From contig CM068762.1 in the NCBI GenBank assembly GCA_035084275.1, positions 11,780,001 through 11,844,000 of the forward strand: a DNA stretch of 64,000 bases, in the 5' to 3' direction. How positions within the stretch are numbered: the first letter of the stretch is position 1; the number at the start of each line of letters is the position of its first letter. The DNA is from Hydrolagus colliei (Eukaryota). Positions 1-12,428 of the stretch are shown here, in pieces. A program made the position numbers and the translations under genes. The notes below the pieces were generated by a model. The model was given only the letters and a program-made list of their open reading frames with translations. It searched no databases and was not told the origin of the DNA.

Positions 1-1369
1 TACTCTCGTTTTGATTCTCTGGTCCTGACTTGAGAGGTTTCGCTCTTGTAATGAGCGAGTGAGGGTTTCATTTCCTTCTATAAACAGCTGTGGCGGTTTT
101 GTGCTGACTAAACCGACTCAACGCAAGAGCAAAGAGCGAGAGGAAGAAAGGCAGGCCGGCAACGCAAATGCCTTCTCAGACCTTACAGCATGTCTAGTGT
201 GGAATAAATAAGTACCAGAGCATTCATGGTACAACAGCTCCTGCCTCCTGTCTTACATAAGCACCCGATTGTTCTCCCTCTCTCTCGCTCAAAGAATCGC
301 ATCGACTGTCCAACGTTGTTGGTGACTGAAACTGACCTCAGCAGCAAGGATAAAAACTCCCACACTCTACACAGTTGTCCATTCAATCGTGCGCGTTGCT
401 GCCCCGGTGCTCTGCCATAAGACCCGCTTTGTGATTTGAATGAATTTGCTCTTCACTCTCTTGCTGCGCACCGTTCCACAAGATCGTCTTGTGTGTGTGT
501 GTGCGTGTGTGTGTTTTGCTAATCTGTGTTTTAGCTGCCCCCGTTTAACACGTGTAGGAACTTAACTCCGATTGTGAAAGAAGAGTTACAAGTAGAGTTG
601 GGGGGAGGGAGGGGGGGACGGAACGACGACGACATTTTCTTTTTGTGTTAAAATAGAAGAAAGTTAACCCCTTTTTCTTTGGAGTTCTTGCCTTCCCTAT
701 CTTTAACCTTCTCCGCGGTCTAACTCCATTCTCTGTTTGGGTTCTGTACTCAAGAAAGAGGACCTGTGATTGTGGTGACATCCGCGACAAAGGCTCAAAG
801 TGTGTCAGCCTGGGATGTGGGTTTGAGCTGGGAGTTTTTTGAGATTGTGTTGACAGTCGAATGCAATACTGGGGAGTGGGGGGGGGGGGATACGATGCAT
901 TGTTAGAGGAGGTCTCCTCTGGGATGGGGTGGAGGGTGTGGAGGGAGGGGACGGGAGGGAGAGGAGAGGAATAGGAGGGGGGAAGAAGAGGAGGTTTTGT
1001 TTTGTCAAACAGTGAGTCTGTGAGTCTTTGGTCGATAGCTTAAGCGCTCTGAGACGCCGTCCGGCGTGGAGGGCGCTACATAAATCGAAGTTGTGGTTGT
1101 TGTTGTTATAGCTGTGTGTGTTTTTTTTGTCATTTCTTGTTTGCTTTGTTTCCCGACAGCGCGATCAATCAAGCGAAGGAAGTACGTTCAGAACAATTGT
1201 TAATAATGAGCAATCCTCGAGTTTTGATTCATTTCCGTATCAGATCACCCACGGCTCCCGAGGGAAAGGCTTTCACAGCGCAAAGCGGGCAGAGCTGGTT
1301 GGTATAGGCTTGATTCCAAACCAGGAAGGGACAGTCCCAAACGGGTGAGAGTGAACCACAGGAGCTCGC

Positions 1370-1830
1370 AACAACAACAGCAATAACAACTTTGATTTAT
1401 CCAGCGCTCTGCACGCCGGACGGTTCACGACAACGGATCCCGGGACCCGAGGCATGCGGTGGGGTGGGGGGGGGGGGGGCGCGAGAGGGGGAAAAAGGTG
1501 ACCAAAGGTGCGGACGAACAGAAAGGTCTTCAGCCAAGNNNNNNNNNNNNNNNNNNNNNNNNNNNNNNNNNNNNNNNNNNNNNNNNNNNNNNNNNNNNNN
1601 NNNNNNNNNNNNNNNNNNNNNNNNNNNNNNNNNNNNNNNNNNNNNNNNNNNNNNNNNNNNNNNNNNNNNNNNNNNNNNNNNNNNNNNNNNNNNNNNNNNN
1701 NNNNNNNNNNNNNNNNNNNNNNNNNNNNNNNNNNNNNNNNNNNNTGGCTGAAGGCACGGCTGCCGATGGTGGAGCGGAGGATTCGGGGGGGACAAGGAGG
1801 AGGCCAGAAGCGGAGGAGCGAGAGAAACAC
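1370..1830 (-). mobile_element. L2-clade LINE 3' fragment interrupted by an assembly gap
   Basis: RSTIGSRAFS and LKTFLF motifs on either side of the N run. Confidence 0.7.
1539..1744. other. Assembly gap (206 N)
   Basis: Run of N. Confidence 1.
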
Positions 1831-2344
1831 GATTCCTTTAGCATTTCACCATCTTTATTATCATTAGTATTATTATTATTATTAATAAGGAAAATAAATC
1901 TTTGCTTCAGACACAGCGCATTATCACGTCTCAAAGCGCTTCACGGGATGTCACTGGAAAGCGAATTGACTGTGTGTTTTGCCAGCGAAACGCGGCAGCC
2001 AATTGCTCGCACAGCAGCATCCCCCACAAACACTCGTGGATTGAGTAACCGCATTTCTGTCAGAAGGGATTAATATTACTCTCGGGGAAAGAGATCCGGG
2101 GGGGAATAGTAAGAATCATTATCGTCATCATAATAATACAGCAGTGATAATAACAGTAATAAATCCTTTGCGGTTGAGACAGGAGTGCGTCGCAAAGCGC
2201 TTCGCCAGATTTACTGTATAGTGTAGTGACTGTATGTTTTGGAGGCGAGCGAGGCAACCACTTTTTGTTAATGTCAATCCACTCAGGGGGAGTGGAGGTA
2301 GCGTCCCAACAATTACAGAAATGTTACTCATCGGTTACTCTGCG

Positions 2345-4691
2345 CTATTTTTGCACAATTGTCCAAACGCCCCAAAAGAGTAGGATAGCGAGGAAAGCCC
2401 AACGCAATATGCTCCACTTGAAGTAACGAAGAGCTCCTTCCCTGGATAAATAGAAACAAACATGATTTAATAATAATAATAATCCTTGCATTAGATGTAG
2501 CGCTTTTCACATCTTCTAGGCATCTCAAAGCGCTTCACAGATTATACTGTAACGCGAATGGACTGTTTACTTGTGGGCGAAACGCGGCAGCCAATTTCCG
2601 CACAGCGGCGTCCCCAACACAAACAGTGGTGGATTGAAATGGCCAATTTTATTATTATTTTTTTTCCCCCCATGGGATTACTATTAACAGGCGTGTGGGA
2701 GTAAGGAAACTTGCCCAAGGTTTGGCCCTGCCTGCCTGCCTGCCACGGTCTACTTTACAAGGGTGTGTTGGCCGCAGTCTGGTCTTTGAGTCAAAAGGAT
2801 GGTAGGTTTAAAAGCTTCTGTGTCGGGACTTTCATCTCAAGAGTCGAAACCGATGCAAGTTTGGGGGTGGGAGTGGGGTGAGGGAGAGAGGGAGGGAGGT
2901 GGGGAGCGCTGTAAATGTCAGAGGTGCTGTCCCGTGAAGTAGTGCAAATGTAAGTTTACCTTTGTTGGTCATCGTGAGGAGGCCCCGTCTGAGCTCCAAC
3001 TAAACACAATTCGATACGCGAAACAGTTAAAAGGAAGTGAGTGAATCTCTGCCGAGTCAGAACGCAAAGTTCGTCATTGCTCATCAATAATACCAATACA
3101 ATCACAATGAGTCATACCCATTAATGCTCATTAGTGCTCAATAATTATTATTAATTACACCCATCCGTTATTAGTACTATAATAATAATACTCATCGGCC
3201 GCAAAGTTAAACAATGCAAAGCTCTGCCAATAAACGTTAATTCATTCATGGAACTCTCTCTCTCTCTCTCTAAGTAATAATAATAATCCTTGTAATTGTT
3301 ATAGAGCTTTTCACGTTTGTAGACGTCTCAAAGACCTTCACAGAATATACTGTAAAGTGAATTGACTGTATATATTTGTGGGAGAAACGCAGCAGCCAAT
3401 TGCGCACAGCAGCGTCCCCCTACAGATAGTCATGGATTGAGAGACCAAATTATCATTGTTTTTTTTTAGGGATTATTATAAGACGTGTGGAGTAAGGAAA
3501 CTTGCCCTTGTCAGGTTTCGCCCTGACCTGACCTAACCTGACCTGACCTGCCGGGAATTGAACCCAGGTCCCTCGTTGGCGAGACGAGCGCTCTAGTAAG
3601 AAACACGCAGTCAGCGAGACGCACTGGATGGAGATGCAGCTGCTTACCTTTGTACACTATGAGCCAGACCGAGTGTTGTATGTTGAGAATACGAGGGTGT
3701 TCTATGCCACACCAATACCAACCGGCATCGCTCACTGTTAACCTCCTCATTGTCACTGAAAACTCGCCCCTGTGGTTATCCGCCTCCACTGTTATTCTCC
3801 CATCCTCGGTTGTGTTTTCAGGCCCCAGGGTCTGTGCCAAGACATTGCAGTGACTCTTGAAGTGGCCTTTACACCAGTATTTGCCGTACGTGCTGTAAAC
3901 TGTGTCATATTCGCACCTGATCTGCACCTGAGATCCCACCGAACCATTCACTGCCTGCGGTCCACTGATTGCCCTCACAGCTGGGAATAACAATAATATG
4001 ATAATGACTATAATGATCATCCTGGCATTGGATACAGCGCCTTATCACGTTGCTGAGATGTCTTAAAGCATCCACTTGTAAAGTGGAGTGACTGTATGTG
4101 GCGGCTGAAACGCAGCAGCCAATTGCGCACAGCCGGGTCCCGCAAACACTCGTGTATTGAGTGACCAATTTTGTTTTGGGGAGGGATTATTACCTGAAAG
4201 AGACCAACCGATTGACTAACAACAGTGTGGTGCAAATGGCTAGTTGAACAGATTTGTGTGGAGTAGGGAAACTTGCCTCCCCACCCTGGAATCGAACTAG
4301 GGTTCCTCTCGCTTGCAAGGCGAATGCTCTAACCACTGAGCCACTGGTTTCCACATAATTATTCTCTTAATGATTGTTTTCCCATTGCTACTGACTGCCT
4401 GCCTGCCTGCCTGCCTAGTAGCTGGTGGGGAGACCAGACTGAAATTAGCCGACACAAAATATCAGTGATGCTTTGTTTTTTTGCAGGTTATTCGAACTGA
4501 TTTTCTCCTCCTCTCCCACTCAGGCCTCTGCCAGATATCTTCTCTCTATTTCAACCAGCGCAACATTAAGCAAAGCCTCTGTGCGTACATCTCAACCGCC
4601 TGAACATTTATATACTGGGTAACCGTACAAAGGTTAGATTGTTCTTACCTGATGATAAGCAAGTAATGAATACGAACAATGTTAAATCCAT
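2345..4691 (-). CDS. R1: single-V CD300/pIgR-like activating-type receptor, about 170 aa, essentially no cytoplasmic tail (4 exons)
   Basis: Exons: leader 4649-4691 (MDLTLFVFITCLSS, donor G|gtaag), V 3648-3980 (phase 1-1; RCEY..KYWCKG..HC..DAGWYWCGI), stalk 2960-2999 (phase 1-2), TM/stop 2345-2441 (REGALRYFKWSILRWAFLAILLFWGVWTIVQK*). All junctions are GT-AG and the 513 nt join in frame. Confidence 0.82.
3648..3980 (-). CDS. R1 Ig V-domain exon (CD300/pIgR-type, 4 Cys)
   Basis: Lies inside ORF 3511-4020. Has the B-strand Cys, W-C..C extra disulfide and D-x-G-x-Y-W-C. Acceptor ttattcccag, donor AAAG|gtaag. Confidence 0.93.
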
Positions 4692-5739
4692 CTTTTTTTT
4701 GGGGTGGGGGTTCGTTGCTTGTTTAAAAGTCTCTCCCAAGTTTCATAAAGTTGCTGTTAGCTGCAGCGCTCTGTGTGCAATGCTAAGAATTTGCCTGTTC
4801 CTAAAACTCTTGTTTCGTTCATCTGTTTTGCGCAATCGCGGTGACCGACAGTGACCAGTCTGACAATTCTTGTGACTCTCGCACCATCAATTTGAGGAAC
4901 TGGGAGTTTGCCTGGCACACGACTGCTTGGTTTTACAGAAATGGCCTTGCATTCCATCTTGTCCCCACAAGATACCTTCCCCTTTGTAGTAATAATAAAA
5001 GTAATAACAATCCTTGCATTTGATATAGTGCGTTTCACATTTTATCGACGTCTCAAAGCGCTTCACAGAACACATACTGTAAAGTGAATTGACTGTGTAT
5101 TTGTGGGCGAAACAATATGATCAATGCAGCTCTCTATCACAGTTGTTGAGGCGTCTCACAGCGCTTCACAGGATGTACTGCGTATCGTGGATTGACCGCG
5201 CATTTTTGTGGGCAAAAGGCAGCAGCCAATTGGGGATGGAGTGACTCCCTCTTGGAGGCAATGCTGGGGGAGCGAGCGAGCGAGCGAGGGATGGAGGGAG
5301 GGTGGGTTTATTTACCCGTGAAAAGCAATCCGCCAATCGACCAACAATTGGGTTGATACTTACTGCCGGGTAAACTCCCTCCCCACACCCTCACTGTGCC
5401 GCGTGCTTTGCTGGAGACCTATCGCCAGGTCAAGGCCCTGGGCAAGGTTTACTCACAGTTGTCCAGCATTGCCAAGGGTCTGTCGCCAAAGTATGTGTCC
5501 TTGGCTGAACAGCTGCCAACAGACAGGCTACACGGTGACCGTGGGCTCCTCGCCATTTCTCTTGCGCCATCACTGCTACTGTCTGTGTGTCTTTACCTAT
5601 AACAATCCTCGCATTTCAATTCAAGACACTCAGAGTCTACATTCAGGTTTACAAGTCTCTTGTGCTGATTATATGGCTCCACAGAGTTCAGACGCATGAC
5701 ACCGAGTCCCACCATCTGCCTCTCGCCTTATAATAATAA

Positions 5740-6035
5740 TACTAATAATAATCCTGGCGTTTTAAGACATCTCAAAGCGCTTCACAGAATATACTGTAAA
5801 GTGAATTGACACTGTATTTGGGGGCGAACGCAGCAGCCAATTGCATGCAGCAGTGTCCCCACAAACAGTCATGGATTAAACTGACCGATTAATTTTTTTT
5901 TAGAGGCATTATTATCAGGTGTGTGTGTGTGTGGAGTAAGGAAACTTGCCCAAGGTTGTGCCCTGACCTGCCGGGAATCGAGCCCAGGTCTCTCTCTCTC
6001 TTGCAAAGCGAGTGCTCTGACCACTGAGCTATCGA
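5740..6035 (-). mobile_element. tRNA-derived SINE
   Basis: Full-length copy, reverse orientation. Confidence 0.8.
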
Positions 6036-7988
6036 TTCAACTCAAAATGGTTTACTAATCATTGTCCCTAAGTTTAAACCCCCCACTCCCTCTCTTTCTA
6101 CCCCCTTCCTCTCCCCAACTCCCTCCACCCTCCTCCCCAACTCCCTCCACCCTCCTCCCCACTCATTCTCTGGCCCTCTCCCCCTCCCAACCCACACCCC
6201 TCCACGTTGTATTACTACATAAATACTGCAATTGTAGAGACGTGTGGAGAAGGGGGTGGAAAGAATGGGGTGGTGGAGAGGGTGGGGGTTAAACTCAGGG
6301 ATAATGATGGGAAGCGACTTTACGATTGTATGACAGAGAGAGAGAGAGAGACAGACAGCGGAACTCAGGGTCATGTGTCTGAACTTTGTGTAGCCATACA
6401 AATTGGCACAAAAGACTAGTAAACAAGAGATCACGAGTTCGGTGGACAGTAGGCTCAGCCCGCCTGCACAGTCCTTGAATAATAATTTATTATTAGAGTC
6501 ATCGCGGTTGACACGGCGCCTTATCGCCTCTTGGGAAACGTCTCAGAAAGCGCTTCACGGAATGCACCGCAGAGTGCGTATCGTGGTGCGAGACGCGGCA
6601 GCCAATCAGCACACGGCAGCGTCCCCACAAACAGCCGTGGATGGATTGAGTGTGTGACCAACTTATTAATATTATTATTATTTTACAAGAGATCCGTCAA
6701 TGACGAATAACTAGGTTCAGACTTATTGCCTGGAACTCCATCCCACAGTCCCTTCCCCTCGCCTCGCTCCCGCCCTCGGGTCCTTCAAGGCCGGTCTCCT
6801 CTTCGACCGAGCCATCTGCCGCCCTCCCAACTCCCTCCCTCCCTCCCTCCCTCCCTCCCTCCCTTCCTCCCTCCCTCCCGCCACTCCTGACTCTCTCTCG
6901 GCCCGCCTCTCCCCCCTACCCTCCCTTGCTTGCATCCCGACCCCTGACTGTTCAGTGCCTTGGGACGTCCTCCCAACGTGAAAGGCGCTCTATCAATATA
7001 ATTTTGTTGTTGCTGTAGTAAACAGAGGCATGTGTGTGGAGTGAGGAAACTTGCCGAACACCTCTCCCTGGCCAGGTCCTATTGGCTTCCGAGGCGAGCT
7101 GGCTTTGTGTGAATGTTTTAAAGCAACAGGAACTGAGAGTGGTAGAGATTGAATCTTTTATAATGCATGCGTACATTTTCTGAGCGTCTTTTAGCAGATC
7201 AAACAGAAGCCACAACCTTCCTGTGTGAAACCAAGACGTGAAAGGCTGATCTTTCTAAAACCTTTAATCCTTGCCTTTGATATAGCACCTTATCGCATCT
7301 TCTAGACGTCTGAAAACGCTTCACAGAATGTATTGTCAAGTGAGTTCACTGTAGATTTGGTGAATCGATTCAATATACAATACACACATATATATATATA
7401 ATTATCGGTAATATGAATTAGTACTGAGGTAATCAGCAGAACATTATTAACATGAAACGCTACAACAACAAAAACAAATTGTGTTTCTACAGAGCCCTTC
7501 ACGCAGCGTAGCATCTCAGAGCACATGATAATAATAATAATCCAGCGTTCGACGTAGCTCCTTTATCACGTCTTCGAGACATCTCGCAGAATACACTGCA
7601 GAGTGAATAGGCTGTGAGTTCAGTGGGTGGGAAATCGTACTATCATCTCTGAACAAGGCTGTGGTTTCCCCAACCACCCTCCACACACACAAACACACTC
7701 ACAACACACACGCGGTGGAACCACTTCAAAGCCACACGTTTGCCTAGATGACATGATTGCTTTCCCTGACAGTCGGGCTGCGGTTTCCTTTCTCTGCCCA
7801 GACCACAACCTGCCCTGAAGTTGTAGGGCTGCACACAGTGTGTTCCTCCTCGCTGCTACACTCTCGCTTTGGCTTCCCGGCTGCCCCCTGCTAGCTTTCT
7901 GCTCTCAATCTTGACAGTGACAGACTTGATGTCCTCTCCGTTGCTGGGCTCAGGCTCTGTAAACCTCTGTGTCCCCCTTCTGATGGTT

Positions 7989-8045
7989 TTAGAATTCCCG
8001 CTGAACCATCGCATAAGTGACGCTGTCCTCTCCTGTGCTTGAAAC
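7989..8045 (-). other. Candidate orphan terminal exon with an ITIM (VSSTGEDSVTYAMVQREF*)
   Basis: Pyrimidine-rich acceptor ttctatctaag|, phase 0, motif VTYAMV. No upstream exons were found. Confidence 0.3.
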
Positions 8046-11000
8046 CTTAGATAGAAAGTGTTTACAAGAAACACAGAGGAATAGGGAGAGGGATGGGGCA
8101 GTTGGGGGGATGACTATAATGTTATTAATAAATAATAATAATTAATAATAGCGTTCCCGTGTGAAGGACACTATATTATTATTGCTGTGCGCAATTGGCT
8201 GCCGTGTTTCGCCCACAAAATATACAAGAGTTGCTACGCAAAGTGTAAAGTGAATTGACCGTATATATTTGTGGGCGAAACGGGGCAGCAGTCAGGGCTT
8301 TGGGACGTACCTCCTGAAAGGTGCTATACAACAGCAACAACAACAACAAAATTACATGTATAGAGCGCCTTTCACGCTTCTTCCCAAGGTGCTTATTGTG
8401 AATCGCTCTGAGATGCCGTCCAGCGTGGTGGTCGCTATATGAGTGGCTTTCACTCCGACCTTTGGCACCGCTCGCCTCTGTGGTAGTAAATAATAGTAAC
8501 ATTATTAATAACATATATGATAATTATATTGGCAAAATTTAATGCTTGTTTTATGTGAGCGAAACCGCAATGGATAGAAGAGCACACAGCAAAGCTGATG
8601 GTTTCGCAGAATAGGGAACCGGTTGGTAGGGGAAGGGGGACCGGAGGAGGTGGCAGGGTCACAGCGCATCGCAACCACATTCCCTCAGGCTGAAACGTAC
8701 TCGCATTTGTGAGAAGTGAAAGTAACGTCTGAGTATCTGTCTCGTCTGTGGAGCTCCGTGGTTAGAGCTACAAACGTGAGGCCCGAGTTTCGAGGCAGTT
8801 TAGGGTGAAACTTTGGGCAAGTTTCTTTACTTCACACACAGACGCTTAATAGAAATCCATCCAAAAATAACCTATAATAAAAAATTGATCATTTTCAATC
8901 CACGACTATTTGTGGTGACGCTGCTGCGCGCAATTGGCTGCCGCGTTTCGCCCACAAATATACAACGAATTCACTTTACAGTGTATTCTTTGAAGTGCTT
9001 TGAGGCGTCTAGAAGACATGAAAAGCACTATTTCAAAATGCAAGGATTATTATTATGATAATTATCTTGGTTACCAACAGCCTGAACAGCCAGTCACTCA
9101 GCGCATTGCTGCATCAGGACTAGCACCATGGACAGCTCATGGCTATTAAGTCTACTTATCCTCATGTAATGTTATTGCTGGAGTGTAAATTCGACAATTA
9201 TCTTCTATTTCTAGTGGTAATAAACCTGCCCCCACCAAAAAAAAATCCACGACTGTTTGTGGAGTACTCCTGGGCTCAGTTAGCTGCTGCGTTTCACCCA
9301 CGAAACACACAGTCAATCCACTTTACAGTACATCGTATGAAAGCCCTCCACGACCTCGCTTCTCTGCGACATCCTGTGGCTCGCAAGGCGCTGTACAAAT
9401 GTAGTTTTGTTGTTGTTCATGTCAATCATGTCATAAGACGCCATATCAAATCAAGGATTATCGTTTTTCTAAGGTTTAAATCCAAGTTGTTGTTATTATT
9501 CCAAAACAGGTCCCTGAAAGTACGCTTTTGACCCCCCCCACCCCACCCCCCAGTCACGGATTTCAACCAGTTGGAAAGCAACGGAAACTGAAAATAAACT
9601 TTGAGGAGAAACTGTTACAAACCCAAAATGGTAAGTGTCATAAGACTTCCTACAGGTCAAACTGATGAAAGGGAATAGAATCATTCCCCCAACTGTCTAG
9701 ACAGTGAGGGTGTCAATGTCAATCTTGCTGTGCTGTGTATTGTGTACAGTGTTGGGGAGAGAACCCATTTCACATTGGCCAAATTCTCTTATTTGTTGTT
9801 GACAGCCGGGTGTCTGACACTTGCGGAAACCCGTCACCGTGTTTAAGAGTCTCCCAACCAAGCTGAGAATTCCATGCATCCCCAGGCACCTGCGGAAATC
9901 CCAGAAAATTCCCCAAATTCTCACTCCGAGTCAGACTCTTTGTCGACGTACGTTTATTTTTGTGTTGTGTTGCTCGGGATCGCAGGAAACCCAGTATCTT
10001 TTGGTTTGCAGACAGTTAGGTTGGGATCAGTAATTGTCTCTGGACTCAAAATACACAGTCATTACAATGAGCGATATATCCTGTGAAACGCTTTGAGATC
10101 TCTCAACGACGTGATAAGGCACTGTCATAAATAACAATCCTTGCATTTGATACAACGCCTTATTCTGTTGACATCACAAAGCACTTCACAAAATATACTG
10201 TAAATTGTACACCAAGTGCAGGGATTATTATTATTATTTTATGACTTTGTTGTACTGGAGGGGAGAGAGGAAACCAGACTGAAACTCACTTCAATCCCAA
10301 AGTGTAGTAACTTGCTTCAGCCTCACGATGGCTCATGTGTAATAAAAGACAGAGACGCGTGATATCCAACAGTCTCATTCTGCCTCTGTCCCCAATCTGG
10401 AAATCAGTGCTGTCTAACCATTTCTGTTCTCTACAATTAGCCACTGGCTTTGACAAGGATCACGCATAGGGAGGAAAGGCACAATCTGTAACGATTACTC
10501 CTACAAGACACACAGTCCATTCATTTTACAGTATATCCCATCTCGATGACATGATAAGGCTCTATATCAAATGAGAGGATTATTCGTATTATTGTAATGA
10601 AGGTGATGAATAACCGGTGGTATATTCACAGTTTTTTTTACAAAAAACGTACATTTTATTTTCTTTCTCGCAAGTTAATTTTTCTTAGTGGTATTTTTAC
10701 AAAATGGCAATTTTTGCTGTTCAATGTGTTTTGGGAACAATTAAACATGACTTTCAAATTTGTTGAAAATTGCCTTTTACGCTTTTCCTGTTTCTATTTG
10801 CTTTGCCCCACATGTAAAAATGTTTTCATAAAACATCCGCCCTTGTGTGTTGTGGTGCAGTGAGGGAAGCCCACTGCTAGTGCAGAGCAGGGCTGTGGTT
10901 GACCTCTTTCGGAATCGCTTTCGAAACCTCAAGCTCAGCTTCAGTAAGCGTGACTGCTCCTCCCTCTCTCTGTGACCTCCGAGAGGTCACCCACAGAGAC

Positions 11001-11339
11001 TGCGTGTAACCACATCAACAGCAGCACCGTGGGGGAAAATACTACAATGGAGACATGTGGCTGAGTGGTCACTTAATCCATGACTGTTTGTGGGACATAA
11101 CTGTGTGCAATTAGCTGTTTTACTCACACACAAAACATTTCTTTGATAATAATAATAATCCTTGCATTGAGACCTCGCTCACAGTGCTTCATAGAATATA
11201 TTGTGTAGTGGATTGACTGTGTTTTAATAACCATACAGGTACTAATAATTCGGTCACTCAATCCGCGACTGGTTGCAGGACAATTAGCTGCTGCGTTTCG
11301 CCCACAAAATACAAAAGATTTTTCTTATTATATATGTCT

Positions 11340-11640
11340 ATGTAAGTGAATGTGTGTATATTAATTCAAGTATGTGTATTCTAATGTGTATTTGTGTATT
11401 AATGTGTGTGTGAATTATATGCGCGTGTATAACGTGTGTGCATATATTGATGTGTGTATTAATGTGTGTGTTTATTAATGCATGTGTTTATATTAATGTG
11501 TATATGTATATTAATGCATGTGTGTTTTAATGTGTGTTTATATTAATATGTATACATTAATCTGTGTGTATATTAATATATGTGAGTGTATGTATGTATA
11601 TTCTCTGTGTGTGTGTGTGTATTTTAATGTGTACATACAT
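11340..11640. repeat. AT/GT low-complexity tract (homologue at about 27960-28160 in reverse)
   Basis: Degenerate (TG)/(TA) repeats. Confidence 0.8.
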
Positions 11641-12337
11641 TGCCATTGGTAGATGGGAAGAAGATCACACTTCATCTCAAACCTTGGGTATGGGGCTCTT
11701 ATGCTTGTGTGATCTTTGTCTTGTCGGTGCTAATTTTTAAAGAAGTTCTTTCTTTCTATCAGCATTTTTAAAACCTGTATTATAATAATAATAATCCTTG
11801 CATTTGATACAGCCTTTTCACATCATGGCATCTCAAAGCGCCTCACAGAATATACTGTGAAGTGAATTGACTGTATATATGTGGGTGAAACGCAGCAGGA
11901 AATTGCACACAGCAGCGTCCCCACAAACAGTCATGGATTGAAATGAACAATTTATTCTTGTTTTCTTTTTTTGGGGGGGGGTTATTATTATTGGGTGGGT
12001 GGAGTAAGGAAACTTGCCCGAGGCTTCACCCAGCCGAGAATCGAACACAACAACAACAACAACAACAACAAAATTGCACTTATAGAGCGCCTTTCACGTC
12101 GGGAGGACGCCACAAACTGCTGAACAGTCAGGTTGGGACCTGTGCGGGGGTTGGGGGCGAGGGTCGGGATCGGGATCTGGGGAAGGGGAAGGAGAGTGGG
12201 AGTGGGAGGGGTGGGGGGGCGAAGGTGTGGACGAAGAAGAAGGTATTGAGACAGGACTCTTGGTTGCAAAGTAAATGCTCCAACCACTGAGCTACAGGAC
12301 TGAATGTATATCTAAAAAATATATAGGTTGGTGAGCT

Positions 12338-12360
12338 TGACTTCCACTTCCTTTTAACAC
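12338..12360 (+). promoter_or_regulatory. Tandem ETS/PU.1-type motifs in the TATA-less promoter of R2
   Basis: gacttccacttcctttt (reverse complement AAAAGGAAGTGGAAGTC), about 75-90 bp upstream of the ATG. Homologous motifs sit upstream of R3, R4, R6, R7 and R8, with one core in R5. Confidence 0.5.
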
Positions 12361-12428
12361 ACAAACTGCCTTTCCAGTAAGAAGCGCTGAGAGCTGCCAC
12401 ACAACAGACCTTGTTCCCTTCGCTGCTG

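Noticed and set aside
650-1348. Possible plus-strand exons near the window start (hydrophobic frame at about 657-770; acceptor at 1159 with ORF to 1348)
   Set aside because: There is no consistent donor or phase chain and no recognisable homology.
3648-3980. Calling these V exons rearranging antigen-receptor (Ig/TCR/NAR) V segments or assigning PIGR/CD300A symbols
   Set aside because: V exons end in splice donors with the G strand included and no RSS heptamer/nonamer. One-to-one orthology to mammalian genes cannot be established from sequence alone.
10600-10835. AT-rich ~230-bp segment absent from the paralogous block at 38070
   Set aside because: No terminal repeats or TSD; it cannot be assigned as a mobile element and may be a simple indel.
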